Positions 11,202 to 21,200 of a stretch of DNA of 64,000 bases are shown here, one piece after another. How positions within the stretch are numbered: the first letter of the stretch is position 1; every line of letters begins with the position of its first letter. The translations under genes and the position numbers were made by a program. A model generated the notes under the pieces. The model was not told where the DNA came from, searched no databases, and was given only the letters and a program-made list of their open reading frames with translations. Origin of the DNA: an uncultured Acidobacteriota bacterium (lineage in GTDB: Bacteria > Acidobacteriota > UBA6911); contig CAWHCF010000006.1 of the NCBI GenBank assembly GCA_963827655.1, positions 160,001-224,000 on the forward strand. Direction: 5' to 3'.

Positions 11202-12242
11202 ATGAAGACAATCAACATCGCGATGCTAGGATCGGGATTCGTAGCGGAATTCTATATGCAAGGGCTTGCCAACGTCGCGGGCCAGCGCGTTGGCGTGAAC
11301 TATTCGCGCTCAAAGGAGCGTGCCGAGAACTTCGCGGCTCGATGGAAAATTCCCGAGTTCTCCAGCAATCTCGGGCAGGTCATCGGTCGGACTGACATAG
11401 ATCTCTATCTGATCGCGCTTCCTAACGAAGAGCATCTGCCGGCAGCACTGACCCTGGCCGCTAACCGGCGGAACCAGGTCTGCACCAAGCCGCTGGCGCG
11501 CAGCAGTGGCGAAGCCAAGACTATGCTCGACGCGGTCCGGAAGTCAGGCGCTCTTCACGGCTATGCCGAAACCGAAGTGTTTGCGCCGGCGGTGGTGAAG
11601 GCGCGCGAAGTAGTCGAGAGCGGAGGCGTCGGTCGAGTTATCTGGGTGCGTTCCAGAGAATCCCACAGCGGTCCCCACAGCGCGCACTTCTGGGACATCA
11701 CTAAGACCGGCGGAGGCGCAATGCACGATCTCGGGTGCCATTGTATCGAGGCCGCCCGTTACTTTTTCGGGAAAGAAGACCCGATTGTTGAAGTCATGGC
11801 ATGGGGAGATAACCTGGTCCACCACGACAGAACCAGGGGCGAGGACAACGCGCTTCTCGTCCTGCGCTTCGCCAGCCGCGGGATTGCGCATTGTGAGCTT
11901 TCCTGGTCGACTCTGGGCGGCCTTGACCTGCGTAATGAAGTGCATGGAACCGAAGGTTCCATCTTCACCGATGTCACGCGGCAGACGCCGATTGTATCGT
12001 TCACCAGGAAGACCGCCGGTTATGTGGTGGAGAAGGCCGATCTCGATTTCGGATGGACCAGACCCTTGCCTGAAGAAGCCTTCGCTTACGGATACCAGGC
12101 CGAAATGAAGCACTTTGTCGAATGCGTAAGGGAGGGCAAAACCCCGCGCGAAACCTACGAGGATGGATATATCGTAAACCGCGTCCTCGACGCCGGCTAT
12201 GAATCGATTCGATCGCGCACCTGGGTGAAGATGGACGAATGA
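11202..12242 (+). CDS. Gfo/Idh/MocA family oxidoreductase
   Basis: MLGSGFVA Rossmann motif, CTKPLA, GGGAMHDLGCH. Confidence 0.9.
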   Translation: MKTINIAMLGSGFVAEFYMQGLANVAGQRVGVNYSRSKERAENFAARWKIPEFSSNLGQVIGRTDIDLYLIALPNEEHLPAALTLAANRRNQVCTKPLARSSGEAKTMLDAVRKSGALHGYAETEVFAPAVVKAREVVESGGVGRVIWVRSRESHSGPHSAHFWDITKTGGGAMHDLGCHCIEAARYFFGKEDPIVEVMAWGDNLVHHDRTRGEDNALLVLRFASRGIAHCELSWSTLGGLDLRNEVHGTEGSIFTDVTRQTPIVSFTRKTAGYVVEKADLDFGWTRPLPEEAFAYGYQAEMKHFVECVREGKTPRETYEDGYIVNRVLDAGYESIRSRTWVKMDE

Positions 12243-12255
12243 CGCGTGACGCTTA

Positions 12256-12488
12256 GGGTTCGTGCAGAAATAAGTTCGCATTCTGCTGCAGGCCCCCAGG
12301 CCCGCTGGCGAGGCGCGAGCGACGATGCGTACCCGGTGCGGTACGTGAGGAGCGAGCAACAAAGCCAGCGGGCCTGCGGGCCGCAGCCCGAAGGGGCGCG
12401 ATCCTCAGCGTGCTTAGCGAACAGAAACCGGTTCATGATTGACCACCGACTCTCGCGCCAGAATGTGAAGTTATTTCTGCGCGAGCCC
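12256..12488. mobile_element. MITE (233 bp, non-autonomous, IS5-like ends)
   Basis: Left end GGGTTCGTGCAGAAATAAGTTCGCATTC matches the reverse complement of the right end GGGCTCGCGCAGAAATAACTTCACATTC (24/28). It is flanked by TTA on both sides and has an internal GC-rich inverted repeat. Confidence 0.8.
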
Positions 12489-12549
12489 TTAGTGTTTCTT
12501 TCGCGTCTTGGCGTGATGTCGTGATCGTTTATACCGTTAGGTAAGTGCG

Positions 12550-13347
12550 ATGACCGGAAAGCTCCAGAATAAGGTTTGCTTGATTACCGGTTCAACGGGC
12601 ATTGCCGCAGCGACCGCCCAGCTTGCGATTCGCGAGGGCGCCCGCGTTTTTATTTCGAGTAACTGTCCCGAATCGTGTTCTGCGCTCGTAGACCAGCTCG
12701 GCGCCGAGGGCGGCTTGTCTGATTATCTCGTTGCGGACCTTGCGCTCGCCGCTTCCGCCGAGAAAGTTTTGGAACGCTGCCTCTCGCGATTCTCGCGTGT
12801 TGACGCGCTTTTCAATGTCGCAGGAATCAGCGGGAGAAAATACGGCGACGGGCCGGTTCACGAATGCAGCAACGAGGGGTGGGACATCACTCTGGCGACC
12901 AACGTGACGAGCATGTTCATGCTTTCCCGTGCGCTGATCGGTTACTGGCTGGCCCAGCCCAAGAGCGACGGCAGGGACAGGGGAACTATCCTGAACATGG
13001 CGAGTGTCCTGGCTTTCTCACCGGAATCCAGGCATTTTTCCACTCACGCCTACGCGGCCAGCAAGGGAGCCATTATCGCGCTCAGCAAGGCCATGGCCTC
13101 TTATTATGCGCCGTTCGGGATTCGGGTTAACGTTATTGCCCCAGGACTTGTTCGCACGCGTATGAGCCTGCGCGCTCAAGAAGACGACCGCATCATGGAT
13201 TTCATGAAGACCAAGCAGCCCATTTGTGAAGGATTGATCGAACCCGAGAGCGTCGCTCGCGCCGCGATATTCCTGTTAAGCGACGACTCCGGCGCCATAA
13301 CCGGCGACGTTTTGACGGTAGACGCAGGCTGGTCCGTCAGCACTTAG
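12550..13347 (+). CDS. SDR family oxidoreductase
   Basis: ITGSTGIA, NVAG, YAASK, VNVIAPG, VDAGW. Confidence 0.92.
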   Translation: MTGKLQNKVCLITGSTGIAAATAQLAIREGARVFISSNCPESCSALVDQLGAEGGLSDYLVADLALAASAEKVLERCLSRFSRVDALFNVAGISGRKYGDGPVHECSNEGWDITLATNVTSMFMLSRALIGYWLAQPKSDGRDRGTILNMASVLAFSPESRHFSTHAYAASKGAIIALSKAMASYYAPFGIRVNVIAPGLVRTRMSLRAQEDDRIMDFMKTKQPICEGLIEPESVARAAIFLLSDDSGAITGDVLTVDAGWSVST

Positions 13348-13402
13348 CCCATCTACCGCGAAGACGCCAGGACGCAAACAGCCTCACGATGGATTCAAAG
13401 GA

Positions 13403-14428
13403 ATGAGAACTACTGTGATTGGAAGTTATCCCTTCCCGGGGTGGCTTGAGTTCGCATATCAGAATCGCGAAAAATTCGGCGCTTCCGACCTCGAGGAACT
13501 GCGCGAAGACGCTGTTATCGTGGTCCTGCACGATCAGCTGGCGGCGGGCCTCGATGTCATCACAGATGGAGAACAGGGACGCTTGGATTTCAACCTCTCA
13601 TTTTACGGGTCCCTGGAAGGAATTGAGTTGGAGTCTGCGCCGATCCGGACTTTTGGACCGCCCGCGCACGACCAGCGCGGCCGGCACGCAGTCGTTGGTG
13701 AGTTGCGCGCGCCTAAGGGTCTCGGCACGGTCGAAGAATTTCGGCGCTTGAAGCGTCTGGCTCCTCCGGGCCCGGAGCTCAAAGCCAGCGTGCCCGGTCC
13801 CTATACCTTGAGCGGCAGGCTGGTGCCAAATGTCCGCTACCAGGATCGCTACGCTCTGACTGAAGCGCTGCTCCCCATAGTCCGCGCCGAACTGGAGGCG
13901 CTGGTAAAGGCTGGGTGCCGCGAGATTACCGTCGATGAGCCCTCCATGAGCTGCTATGCCCATCGCGAGGATCCAGGGCGCCTGGTAGACATTTTCAATC
14001 GAACGATCGAGACGGTCGCGGGCAAGTGCCGCCTCTCGACCCATCTCTGCTTCGGGAATTACAAAGGACGGGCTGTGGGGCCCCGCCGGTATGCTCCCAT
14101 GTTTCCGGCTTTTCTCGATATGAGAGTGGATGAAATCCACCTGGAGATGGCAAGCCGTGAATTCGCGGAGATCGAGCTCATCGGGGGAATTGCGAAAAGA
14201 ATGGATGTGGCCGTTGGAATCATTGATGTGAAGAGCTATTACATTGAAAGTGTTGACGAGGTAGCCAGAAGAGTACGACGATGTCTCGAGCATGCGCCGC
14301 CGGACCGCCTCTCGTTCGCCCCCGACTGCGGCTTAAGTCAGACCGCGCGCTGGGCCGCGCGGCTCAAGTTGAAGAACATGGTCGACGGCGTGAAGCTGAT
14401 GCGCAGGGAGTTGGGATTGCGGATATAA
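13403..14428 (+). CDS. Cobalamin-independent methionine synthase II family protein (single barrel, MetE C-terminal-like)
   Basis: TTVIGSYP, DVITDGEQ, VDEP, and zinc ligands HLC...E...PDCG. Confidence 0.88.
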   Translation: MRTTVIGSYPFPGWLEFAYQNREKFGASDLEELREDAVIVVLHDQLAAGLDVITDGEQGRLDFNLSFYGSLEGIELESAPIRTFGPPAHDQRGRHAVVGELRAPKGLGTVEEFRRLKRLAPPGPELKASVPGPYTLSGRLVPNVRYQDRYALTEALLPIVRAELEALVKAGCREITVDEPSMSCYAHREDPGRLVDIFNRTIETVAGKCRLSTHLCFGNYKGRAVGPRRYAPMFPAFLDMRVDEIHLEMASREFAEIELIGGIAKRMDVAVGIIDVKSYYIESVDEVARRVRRCLEHAPPDRLSFAPDCGLSQTARWAARLKLKNMVDGVKLMRRELGLRI

Positions 14429-14492
14429 GATCGATTGCCGATTTCCCGAATGGACGGTTTGCGATCCAAAATCCACTATCGGGAGGTTCACC

Positions 14493-15482
14493 ATGAAGCC
14501 CAAAGTATTCGTGACCCGAATCATACCTGATGAGGGGTTGGTCATGCTGCGCGAGGCCGCCGACACCGAGGTCTGGCAGGGGGATCTTCCACCACCCCGC
14601 GAAGTTCTCTTGAAAGAGGTGCGACAGGCGGAAGGACTTCTGTCGCTGCTCACCGATAAGATTGACGGCGAATTAATGGACGCCAATCCTGGTTTGCGGG
14701 TGATCTCAAATTATGCGGTAGGGTTTGACAACGTTGACGTCGCGGCAGCCACGGCCCGCCGCATTCCGGTCGGGAATACTCCCGGAGTTCTCACCGAAAC
14801 AACGGCCGATCTTGCGTTCACATTGTTGATGGCAACGGCGCGTCGCATCGTCGAAGGCGTCGACTACGTGCGCGCAGGACGCTGGAAGACCTGGGGACCC
14901 AAGCTCCTGACCGGACCAGACATCCACCACGCCACCCTGGGGATCCTTGGATTCGGCCGCATCGGCCAAAGTATGGCCCGGCGCGCCCGCGGATTTGACA
15001 TGCGCATCCTGTACTACGATGTCTACCGCCGCGAAGACCTCGAGAGCTCAATGGGCGTGGTCTACGCGGACCTCGATACTATCTTCAGGCAGGCAGACTT
15101 TGTCTCCGTACATACCGACCTTAACGAAGCGACGCGTCACCTGATCAACGCCGATGCGCTTTCACGGATGAAACCAGGCGCTGTCTTGATCAATACGGCC
15201 CGGGGTCCGATCGTTGATCCTGACGCCTTGTACGAGGCACTGGCGGCCGGGAAAATTCGGGCGGCGGCGCTTGATGTAACCGAGCCTGAGCCGATACCGA
15301 TGGACTCGCCCCTTCTGAAGCTTCCCAATTGCATCGTGGTTCCTCACATCGCCAGCGCCTCGATCGCCACGCGCGCCAGAATGGCCGAGATGGCGGCTGC
15401 CAATGTGATTGCCGGGTTGCGAGGCGAAAAATTGCCTACCTGCGTCAACCCGGAGGTATACGAAAATCGCGCGCAGGCTTAA
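14493..15482 (+). CDS. gyaR: D-2-hydroxyacid dehydrogenase (glyoxylate reductase/D-glycerate dehydrogenase)
   Basis: AVGFDNVD, NTPGVLTETTAD, GFGRIG, NTARG, LDVTEPEP, PHIAS. Confidence 0.88.
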   Translation: MKPKVFVTRIIPDEGLVMLREAADTEVWQGDLPPPREVLLKEVRQAEGLLSLLTDKIDGELMDANPGLRVISNYAVGFDNVDVAAATARRIPVGNTPGVLTETTADLAFTLLMATARRIVEGVDYVRAGRWKTWGPKLLTGPDIHHATLGILGFGRIGQSMARRARGFDMRILYYDVYRREDLESSMGVVYADLDTIFRQADFVSVHTDLNEATRHLINADALSRMKPGAVLINTARGPIVDPDALYEALAAGKIRAAALDVTEPEPIPMDSPLLKLPNCIVVPHIASASIATRARMAEMAAANVIAGLRGEKLPTCVNPEVYENRAQA

Positions 15483-15485
15483 AAG

Positions 15486-15578
15486 CTTACAGCTATCAGC
15501 CTTCAGCTATCAGCAAATGCCGCGCTGCCCGTTGACTACTGAAAGCTGACAGCTGATTGCTGACTGCTGACTGCTGCT
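15486..15578. repeat. Inverted 7-mer array (CAGCTAT-like)/(GCTGACT-like)
   Basis: cagctatcagccttcagctatcagc ... ctgaaagctgacagctgattgctgactgctgactgct. Confidence 0.8.
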
Positions 15579-16068
15579 ATGAGCACCAACCGTAGCAAAA
15601 GAAGGGGGCTGGATCCGGCGTACCGCCGAGCGCGGACCCAATGGCCGCGGCATCTGCCGCTGGTGCCGGACTGAAGTCCCTAGCGGACGTCGTACATTCT
15701 GTTGCGACACCTGCGTTCACGAATGGCGTCTTCGGACCGATCCGGGATATCTGAGAGAACAGGTCTTTGCTCGGGATCGTGGGATCTGCAGTCTATGCGC
15801 TCTGGACACGATGGAGATTTACGGCAGATTTCGCTCACTGCCTCCGCATAAGCGGCGCCAGCTGCGCCGCCGGCTCGATATACCCAGTGGGCGCGAGAAC
15901 CTCTGGGATGCCGACCATATTGTGCCGGTAGCCGAAGGGGGTGGAGAATGCTCCCTGGAAAACCTGAGAACCTTGTGCATCTGGTGCCACCAGAATGAAA
16001 CCGCAAAACTCCGCCGCCGTCTATCCGAAACCCGCAGGCATATAGCACCGGCGCAAACTCCCGGATAG
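15579..16068 (+). CDS. HNH endonuclease with zinc-binding Cys motifs (+1 slip in AAAA at 15597-15600)
   Basis: ATG 15579 gives MSTNRSK, then the +1 frame gives EGGWIRR..CRWC..FCCDTC..RDRGICSLC..WDADHIVPVAEGGGECSLENLRTLCIWCH. Confidence 0.8.
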
Positions 16069-16160
16069 CAACTTCCCTGCCAGCCTTTTCCCGTCTTTGC
16101 GCTGAGTTCCGTCTTGGGCTAGAATCGCGACCATAAACGAAACTTCCGGGGAGGATCTCG

Positions 16161-17525
16161 ATGAAAAGTTCGGTTCAGAGTTTGATTGGAAGACGTTCCT
16201 TCTTCAAGTCATTGGGAATGGCTGCAGGGGCCGGGGCGGCGAGTCTTCTCTCCGACGCCGATCTAGAAGGAGCCGTGCAAAACGTAAACCGGAACTCCAC
16301 TCCTTCGCAGTTGAAAATCACCGATTTGCGAGTTGCCGTAGTTGGGGGCGCGCCCATGACCTGCCCCATCATCCGTATCGACACCAACCAGGGAATCTCA
16401 GGCTATGGAGAGGTGCGCGATGGCGCGAGCAAGACTTACGCTTTGATGCTGAAGAGTCGCGTTCTGGGAGAAAACCCCTGCAATGTCGACAAAATCTTTC
16501 GCAAGATCAAACAGTTCGGCCACCACGCCCGGCAAGCCGGCGGCGTTTGCGCGGTCGAAATGGCTTGCTGGGACCTGGCTGGAAAGGCCTACGGTGTTCC
16601 GGTCTACCAGATGCTGGGAGGAAAGTTCCGCGATAGTATTCGCTTGTATGCCGATACGACCGAAACCCCCAACGGCGCGGAACAAGGTCGGCGCCTCAAG
16701 GCACGCATGGACAAGGGTCTCACTTTTCTGAAAGTCGACTTTGGCATCAACCTTCTGCGTGATAAACCCGGAACCCTCGCCATGCCTCTGCGCCAGGAAT
16801 ACGCCGGGCGCAACAGGACCATGCATCCTTTCACAGGCATTGAAATCACCGACAAAGGAATAGCGATGCTTTCCGACTATATCGCGGCCATACGCGAGGT
16901 CATCGGAATGGAGATTCCACTGGCGTCCGATCACTATGGCCATATCGGGGTCAACAGCTGCATCCGGCTAGCCCGGGCGATGGAAAAACACCAGCTTGCC
17001 TGGATGGAAGACATGATCCCGTGGCAGTTCACGGAGCTGTTGAAGAAGATCACCGATTCCGTGGAGGTCCCGATTCTAACCGGCGAAGACATCTACCTGA
17101 AGGAAGAGTTTGCCAAGCTGGTGGACGCCAAGGCCGTGGACATGATTCATCCCGACCTGGCCAGCTCGGGCGGCATTCTCGAGACCAAGAAGATCGGAGA
17201 TATGGCGATGGAAGGCGGCGTTCCCATGGCCATGCATTTCGCGGGAACTCCGGTCTCGTTCATGGCCAATGTCCATTGCGCCGCGGCAACCGAGAACTTT
17301 CTTTGCCTGGAGCACCATTCCATCGAAGTGCCCTGGTGGGAAGACATGGTGACCGGAATTCCCAAACCAATCGTGAAAGACGGCTTTGCCCTGGTGCCGG
17401 AAGTGCCAGGCCTCGGAATCGAACTGAATGCGGAAGTGATCAAGCAACACTTGAGGGAACCGGGGTACTTCGAACCGACCAGCGACTGGGACAAAGAGCG
17501 TTCCAACGACCGGCTGTGGAGTTGA
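16161..17525 (+). CDS. Mandelate racemase/muconate lactonizing enolase-superfamily enzyme with Tat signal
   Basis: GRRSFFK leader; EMACWDLAGK, KVD, WMED, TGED, HPD. Confidence 0.9.
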   Translation: MKSSVQSLIGRRSFFKSLGMAAGAGAASLLSDADLEGAVQNVNRNSTPSQLKITDLRVAVVGGAPMTCPIIRIDTNQGISGYGEVRDGASKTYALMLKSRVLGENPCNVDKIFRKIKQFGHHARQAGGVCAVEMACWDLAGKAYGVPVYQMLGGKFRDSIRLYADTTETPNGAEQGRRLKARMDKGLTFLKVDFGINLLRDKPGTLAMPLRQEYAGRNRTMHPFTGIEITDKGIAMLSDYIAAIREVIGMEIPLASDHYGHIGVNSCIRLARAMEKHQLAWMEDMIPWQFTELLKKITDSVEVPILTGEDIYLKEEFAKLVDAKAVDMIHPDLASSGGILETKKIGDMAMEGGVPMAMHFAGTPVSFMANVHCAAATENFLCLEHHSIEVPWWEDMVTGIPKPIVKDGFALVPEVPGLGIELNAEVIKQHLREPGYFEPTSDWDKERSNDRLWS

Positions 17526-17530
17526 TTACC

Positions 17531-17580
17531 AGCATTAGGCAGTAAGCAGTACAGCCTTACTGCCTAATGTCTACTGCCTG
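17531..17580. repeat. Short inverted 7-mer array (GCAGTAA / TACTGCC)
   Basis: agcattaggcagtaagcagtacag ccttactgcctaatgtctactgcc. Confidence 0.7.
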
Positions 17581-17595
17581 TTGCATACCGCTTTG

Positions 17596-18414
17596 ATGAA
17601 CCTGACGACTACGATCATCATCCCGGTGTACAACGCCGTGCGTTACCTCGAGCTGGTGCTCGCGGGTTTCTCTCGGCAGTCCTACCACTCATTCGAGGTG
17701 ATTGTCGCGGATGATGGGTCCGGACCCGAGGTCAAAGACCTTCTCAGCCGCTTTATTCCCGGCTCACCTTTTCCTCTGGAACACGTCTATCAGCCCGACG
17801 AGGGATTCCGCAAGACCAGGATACTCAACTCGGCCATCAGAGCCGCTTCGACAGAATACTTGATTCTTTCCGATGGGGACTGCGTTCCTCACCATGACTT
17901 TGTCCGGGCACACTTCGAGCACCGGGCTCCTCGAACGGTTCTGTGTGGAAGGCGGGTGATGCTTGGCCCGGAGATGTCGGCCCGGCTCACAGCTTCTGAC
18001 GTTCTGAACGGACGATATGAACGGTTAACCCTGGACAAGATGATCGATGGGCTTCTGGGACGCAGCACCCACTGGGACGAAGCCATTCCGCTGAAAAGCG
18101 ATCGGATTCACAGTTTGATTTATCGTAAAAAACCTACCCTGGTTGGATGCAATTTCTCGCTCGACAAATCGTTGATCGAAAAAATCAACGGCTTTAACGA
18201 GGATTTCGCGGGCTACGGCGGCGAGGATATCGAGCTTGAATATCGCCTTCGCCTTGAAGGCGCAAGATTCAAATGGGTGACGCACCGAGCGATTCAATAC
18301 CATCTCCATCACGAATCCCGCCAGGCGAATCCACAGAACACGAGTCTGCTCGAACGGACTATCGCCGAAGGAAAAGCCGCGTGCCGCCGCGGACTGATAA
18401 AAGCGGAACCGTGA
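17596..18414 (+). CDS. Glycosyltransferase family 2
   Basis: IIIPVYN, VADDGS, LSDGDC, GCNFS..INGFNEDFAGYGGED. Confidence 0.9.
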   Translation: MNLTTTIIIPVYNAVRYLELVLAGFSRQSYHSFEVIVADDGSGPEVKDLLSRFIPGSPFPLEHVYQPDEGFRKTRILNSAIRAASTEYLILSDGDCVPHHDFVRAHFEHRAPRTVLCGRRVMLGPEMSARLTASDVLNGRYERLTLDKMIDGLLGRSTHWDEAIPLKSDRIHSLIYRKKPTLVGCNFSLDKSLIEKINGFNEDFAGYGGEDIELEYRLRLEGARFKWVTHRAIQYHLHHESRQANPQNTSLLERTIAEGKAACRRGLIKAEP

Positions 18415-18440
18415 CTCGCGATCACTGGCCACGAGAAACT

Positions 18441-18675
18441 CTACTCACTCCGTAGCGCCTGCATCGGGTCGATTCTGGCGGCCCGCCAGCCAGGGCCACG
18501 GCAACGAGCAACCCGCAGACGCACGAAAACACCAGCATGTCTGCCGGCGCAATCTCGAAGAGAATCGAACGAAAGGCAATTGGCACCAATCCCGAACGCC
18601 AGAACGGCGACGGCAGTCAGGGTAAACAGGGGCCTGCGGACAACCGAGCGCAGGGCGGCTCTCCAGTGGGGCACG
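18441..18675 (-). pseudogene. Internally deleted ADOP/ABC permease remnant
   Basis: The N-terminus (ALRSVVRRPLFTLTAVAVLAFGIGAN) is joined directly to the C-terminus (SILFEIAPADMLVF...VALA in another frame, then RAARIDPMQALRSE*). Confidence 0.8.
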
Positions 18676-18806
18676 AACTCTCCTCGCGAAATACTGGTTA
18701 GACGACTCTGGTTAGCATGCATCGCGCCCCGGTCGGGATTTCCGCTTTGACTCCTTGCTCGGAACCCGTTAGGCTTTCGCACACCTTGTGTCCCAGGAGG
18801 TGCGGC

Positions 18807-20090
18807 ATGAAAACACGGTGGTTTTTCCTCTTCGCAGCCGGCTCCGTTCTCTTCTCTCTGGCAGGCGCCGCCGCCGATTGGCCCCAGTGGCGTGGGCCGC
18901 GGCGCAACGGCGTCTCGCAGGAGACCGGGCTGCTGAAGGAGTGGCCCGGCGCGGGGCCAAAGCTCCTCTGGCAGCTCAAGGACATCGGCGAAGGCTACGC
19001 GACGCCCGCTGTGGTTGGCGCGCGCCTCTACCTGCTGAGCAGCCGGGGCGTGGATAACGAATTCGTGCACGCCCTGTCGGTGCAGGACGGCAAGCAGGTG
19101 TGGTCGACGCGGCTGGGTAAGGTCGGGAACCCCGATCAGCAGCCGCCGTACCCGATGTCACGGTCCACGCCGACCGTGGACGGCGATCTGCTCTACGCCC
19201 TCAGCTCCGATGGCGACCTTGCCTGCCTGGAGACGTCGACGGGCAAAATGCGATGGCAGAAGAGTCTCCGCGCCGACTTCGGCGGCCAGCCCGGTACTTG
19301 GGCTTATGCCGAGTCGCCGTTGATCGACGGAGACGTTGTGGTCGTGACGCCCGGCGGCAGCCAGGCGACGATAGTAGCGCTCAACAAGAAAACCGGCTCG
19401 GTGATCTGGAAGTCCGCCGTGCCGGGCGGCGATCCGGCGGGCTATGCCTCGGCCATCGTGGTCGAAGCCGCAGGTCGCAAACAGTATGTCCAGTTCCTGG
19501 GCAAGGGCGTCGTGGGGGTGGACGCGAAGACGGGCCAATTCCTCTGGCGTTACGAGCAGACGAGCAAGGGTCCAGCCAACATACCCACTCCAGTCGCCCG
19601 AGACAGTTATGTCTACAGCGCCAATGCCCGGCGCTTCGGGGGTGGGCTGGTCCAGCTGACCGCTACGGACGAGGGAGTGGCCGCCGAGGAAGTCTATTTC
19701 GAGCGCGACGTGCCTCACACTCTCGGCGGGCAGGTGCTGCTGGGCGAATACCTGTACGGCACCAATGCGAAGGGGATGGTAGCGGCCGAGTTTGCCACCG
19801 GCAAGATCCGCTGGCAGGCCGAAAGCGTCGGCCCGGGAGCGGTATTGTACGCCGAGGGCCGTCTGTACGTGCATGGCGAGAACGGCGACGTGGCGCTGGT
19901 CGAGGCCACGCCCGATGCATACCGGGAAAAGGGTCGCTTCACGCCGCCGGACCAGCCGAAACATAGCCCGCGGGAAATGGCTTGGGCCTATCCGGTGGTG
20001 GCTGACGGCCGGCTATATATCCGCGACCTCGGCACGCTGTGGTGCTACGACGTCAAGGATCCCAAGACCGGCAATAGTTCAGGGCGATAA
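18807..20090 (+). CDS. PQQ-binding-like beta-propeller repeat protein, secreted
   Basis: AGGAGG RBS, signal peptide, ADWPQWRGP, Trp-docking repeats, WAYPVVADGRLYIRD. Confidence 0.9.
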   Translation: MKTRWFFLFAAGSVLFSLAGAAADWPQWRGPRRNGVSQETGLLKEWPGAGPKLLWQLKDIGEGYATPAVVGARLYLLSSRGVDNEFVHALSVQDGKQVWSTRLGKVGNPDQQPPYPMSRSTPTVDGDLLYALSSDGDLACLETSTGKMRWQKSLRADFGGQPGTWAYAESPLIDGDVVVVTPGGSQATIVALNKKTGSVIWKSAVPGGDPAGYASAIVVEAAGRKQYVQFLGKGVVGVDAKTGQFLWRYEQTSKGPANIPTPVARDSYVYSANARRFGGGLVQLTATDEGVAAEEVYFERDVPHTLGGQVLLGEYLYGTNAKGMVAAEFATGKIRWQAESVGPGAVLYAEGRLYVHGENGDVALVEATPDAYREKGRFTPPDQPKHSPREMAWAYPVVADGRLYIRDLGTLWCYDVKDPKTGNSSGR

Positions 20091-20175
20091 GCCGCGCCGA
20101 CCCCGGCTTGGCCGCAGGCGGCTGCCTTGGATTTGCTATTCCACGAACAAAACCCGCCGCGATGGTCACGTTCTG

Positions 20176-21099
20176 TCACGCATCAGGGGCTACGAGGAAC
20201 TGAAGAGAGTCGGATCCAAGTTCAACGTCGATAGTGGCCGACGAGGCAGGAGCGGGCGTGCCGTCGTCCGGCCACACTTTATCATCGATGTGGATCACGG
20301 AGCCTTCCCACTCGATCTGCACATGCCGTCCTCTGTGCACGAACAGCTCCGGCGAAGAGGGCTTCCCTGCTATGCAATCCGATAGATACCGGCTCAGTCT
20401 ATGCTCCTCCCCTTTCGATACGACAACAACGTCGAGCAAGCCGTCGCCGGGATCTGCGTCCGGCGCAAGGCAAAGGTTCGGCCCCACACATCTGATGTTC
20501 ATCACTTCCAGCAAGACGTACTCGCCCGACAGATCTTGATCGTCGAGCCTGAGCTTGCAAGTTTTTACGGGACAGCTTTGCAACCGATCCCTCAGGATTT
20601 CCAGAACTGAACGAATCTCCTCATCGGCATCGCCTGCGTGTGCAAGATCAATCTTGTCTGTCGCATGGAGACAGTCCATCGTTTCTGTGAACAGACCGAG
20701 GCCCAGGCCTTCGATCATGCATTTTGAGCCCCATGGCCCGCTCGCCACACCGACGTCAAACTTTTTTCGTCGTGCTGAAGTCCATCCCGTGATCAGTTCC
20801 TCAAGCGGCTTGTCCATGAGTCCCAGGGTCTTGGCCACGTTGTTGGCGGTGCCCATTGGTAGAAGGGCGATCGGAGTGCGCCTCCCGACCAGACGCTTGG
20901 CAACTTTGCCGACCAGGCCGTCGCCCCCGGCCGCCGCCACGATATCGCTCGATTCTTTCAACGCGTTATCCCAATCGTTGTCTTTCGATGACCGATAAAT
21001 CACATCATGTCCCTTGCTGCGAATGAGTCTAACGAGTCTGTCGCCGGCAGGCTGTTCGTCGTCCCCGGCGTCCGGGTTATGTATTAATGTCACTCTCAT
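20176..21099 (-). CDS. Diacylglycerol/lipid kinase family protein
   Basis: IHNPDAG, AAGGDG, LPMGTANN, PDADPGDGLLDV. Confidence 0.88.
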   Translation of the reverse strand: MRVTLIHNPDAGDDEQPAGDRLVRLIRSKGHDVIYRSSKDNDWDNALKESSDIVAAAGGDGLVGKVAKRLVGRRTPIALLPMGTANNVAKTLGLMDKPLEELITGWTSARRKKFDVGVASGPWGSKCMIEGLGLGLFTETMDCLHATDKIDLAHAGDADEEIRSVLEILRDRLQSCPVKTCKLRLDDQDLSGEYVLLEVMNIRCVGPNLCLAPDADPGDGLLDVVVVSKGEEHRLSRYLSDCIAGKPSSPELFVHRGRHVQIEWEGSVIHIDDKVWPDDGTPAPASSATIDVELGSDSLQFLVAPDA

Positions 21100-21200
21100 G
21101 GTTTCCTCTTGGGCAGGGAGCTTGATACTCCATAAAATATGGTAATCGTATCAGTGCCTGACAATAGAAAGATTCATTTTCATTATAGGAAGATTGGATC

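Noticed and set aside
12246-12524. Small ORFs between the Gfo/Idh/MocA and SDR genes
   Set aside because: They lie within the MITE and have no protein-like features.
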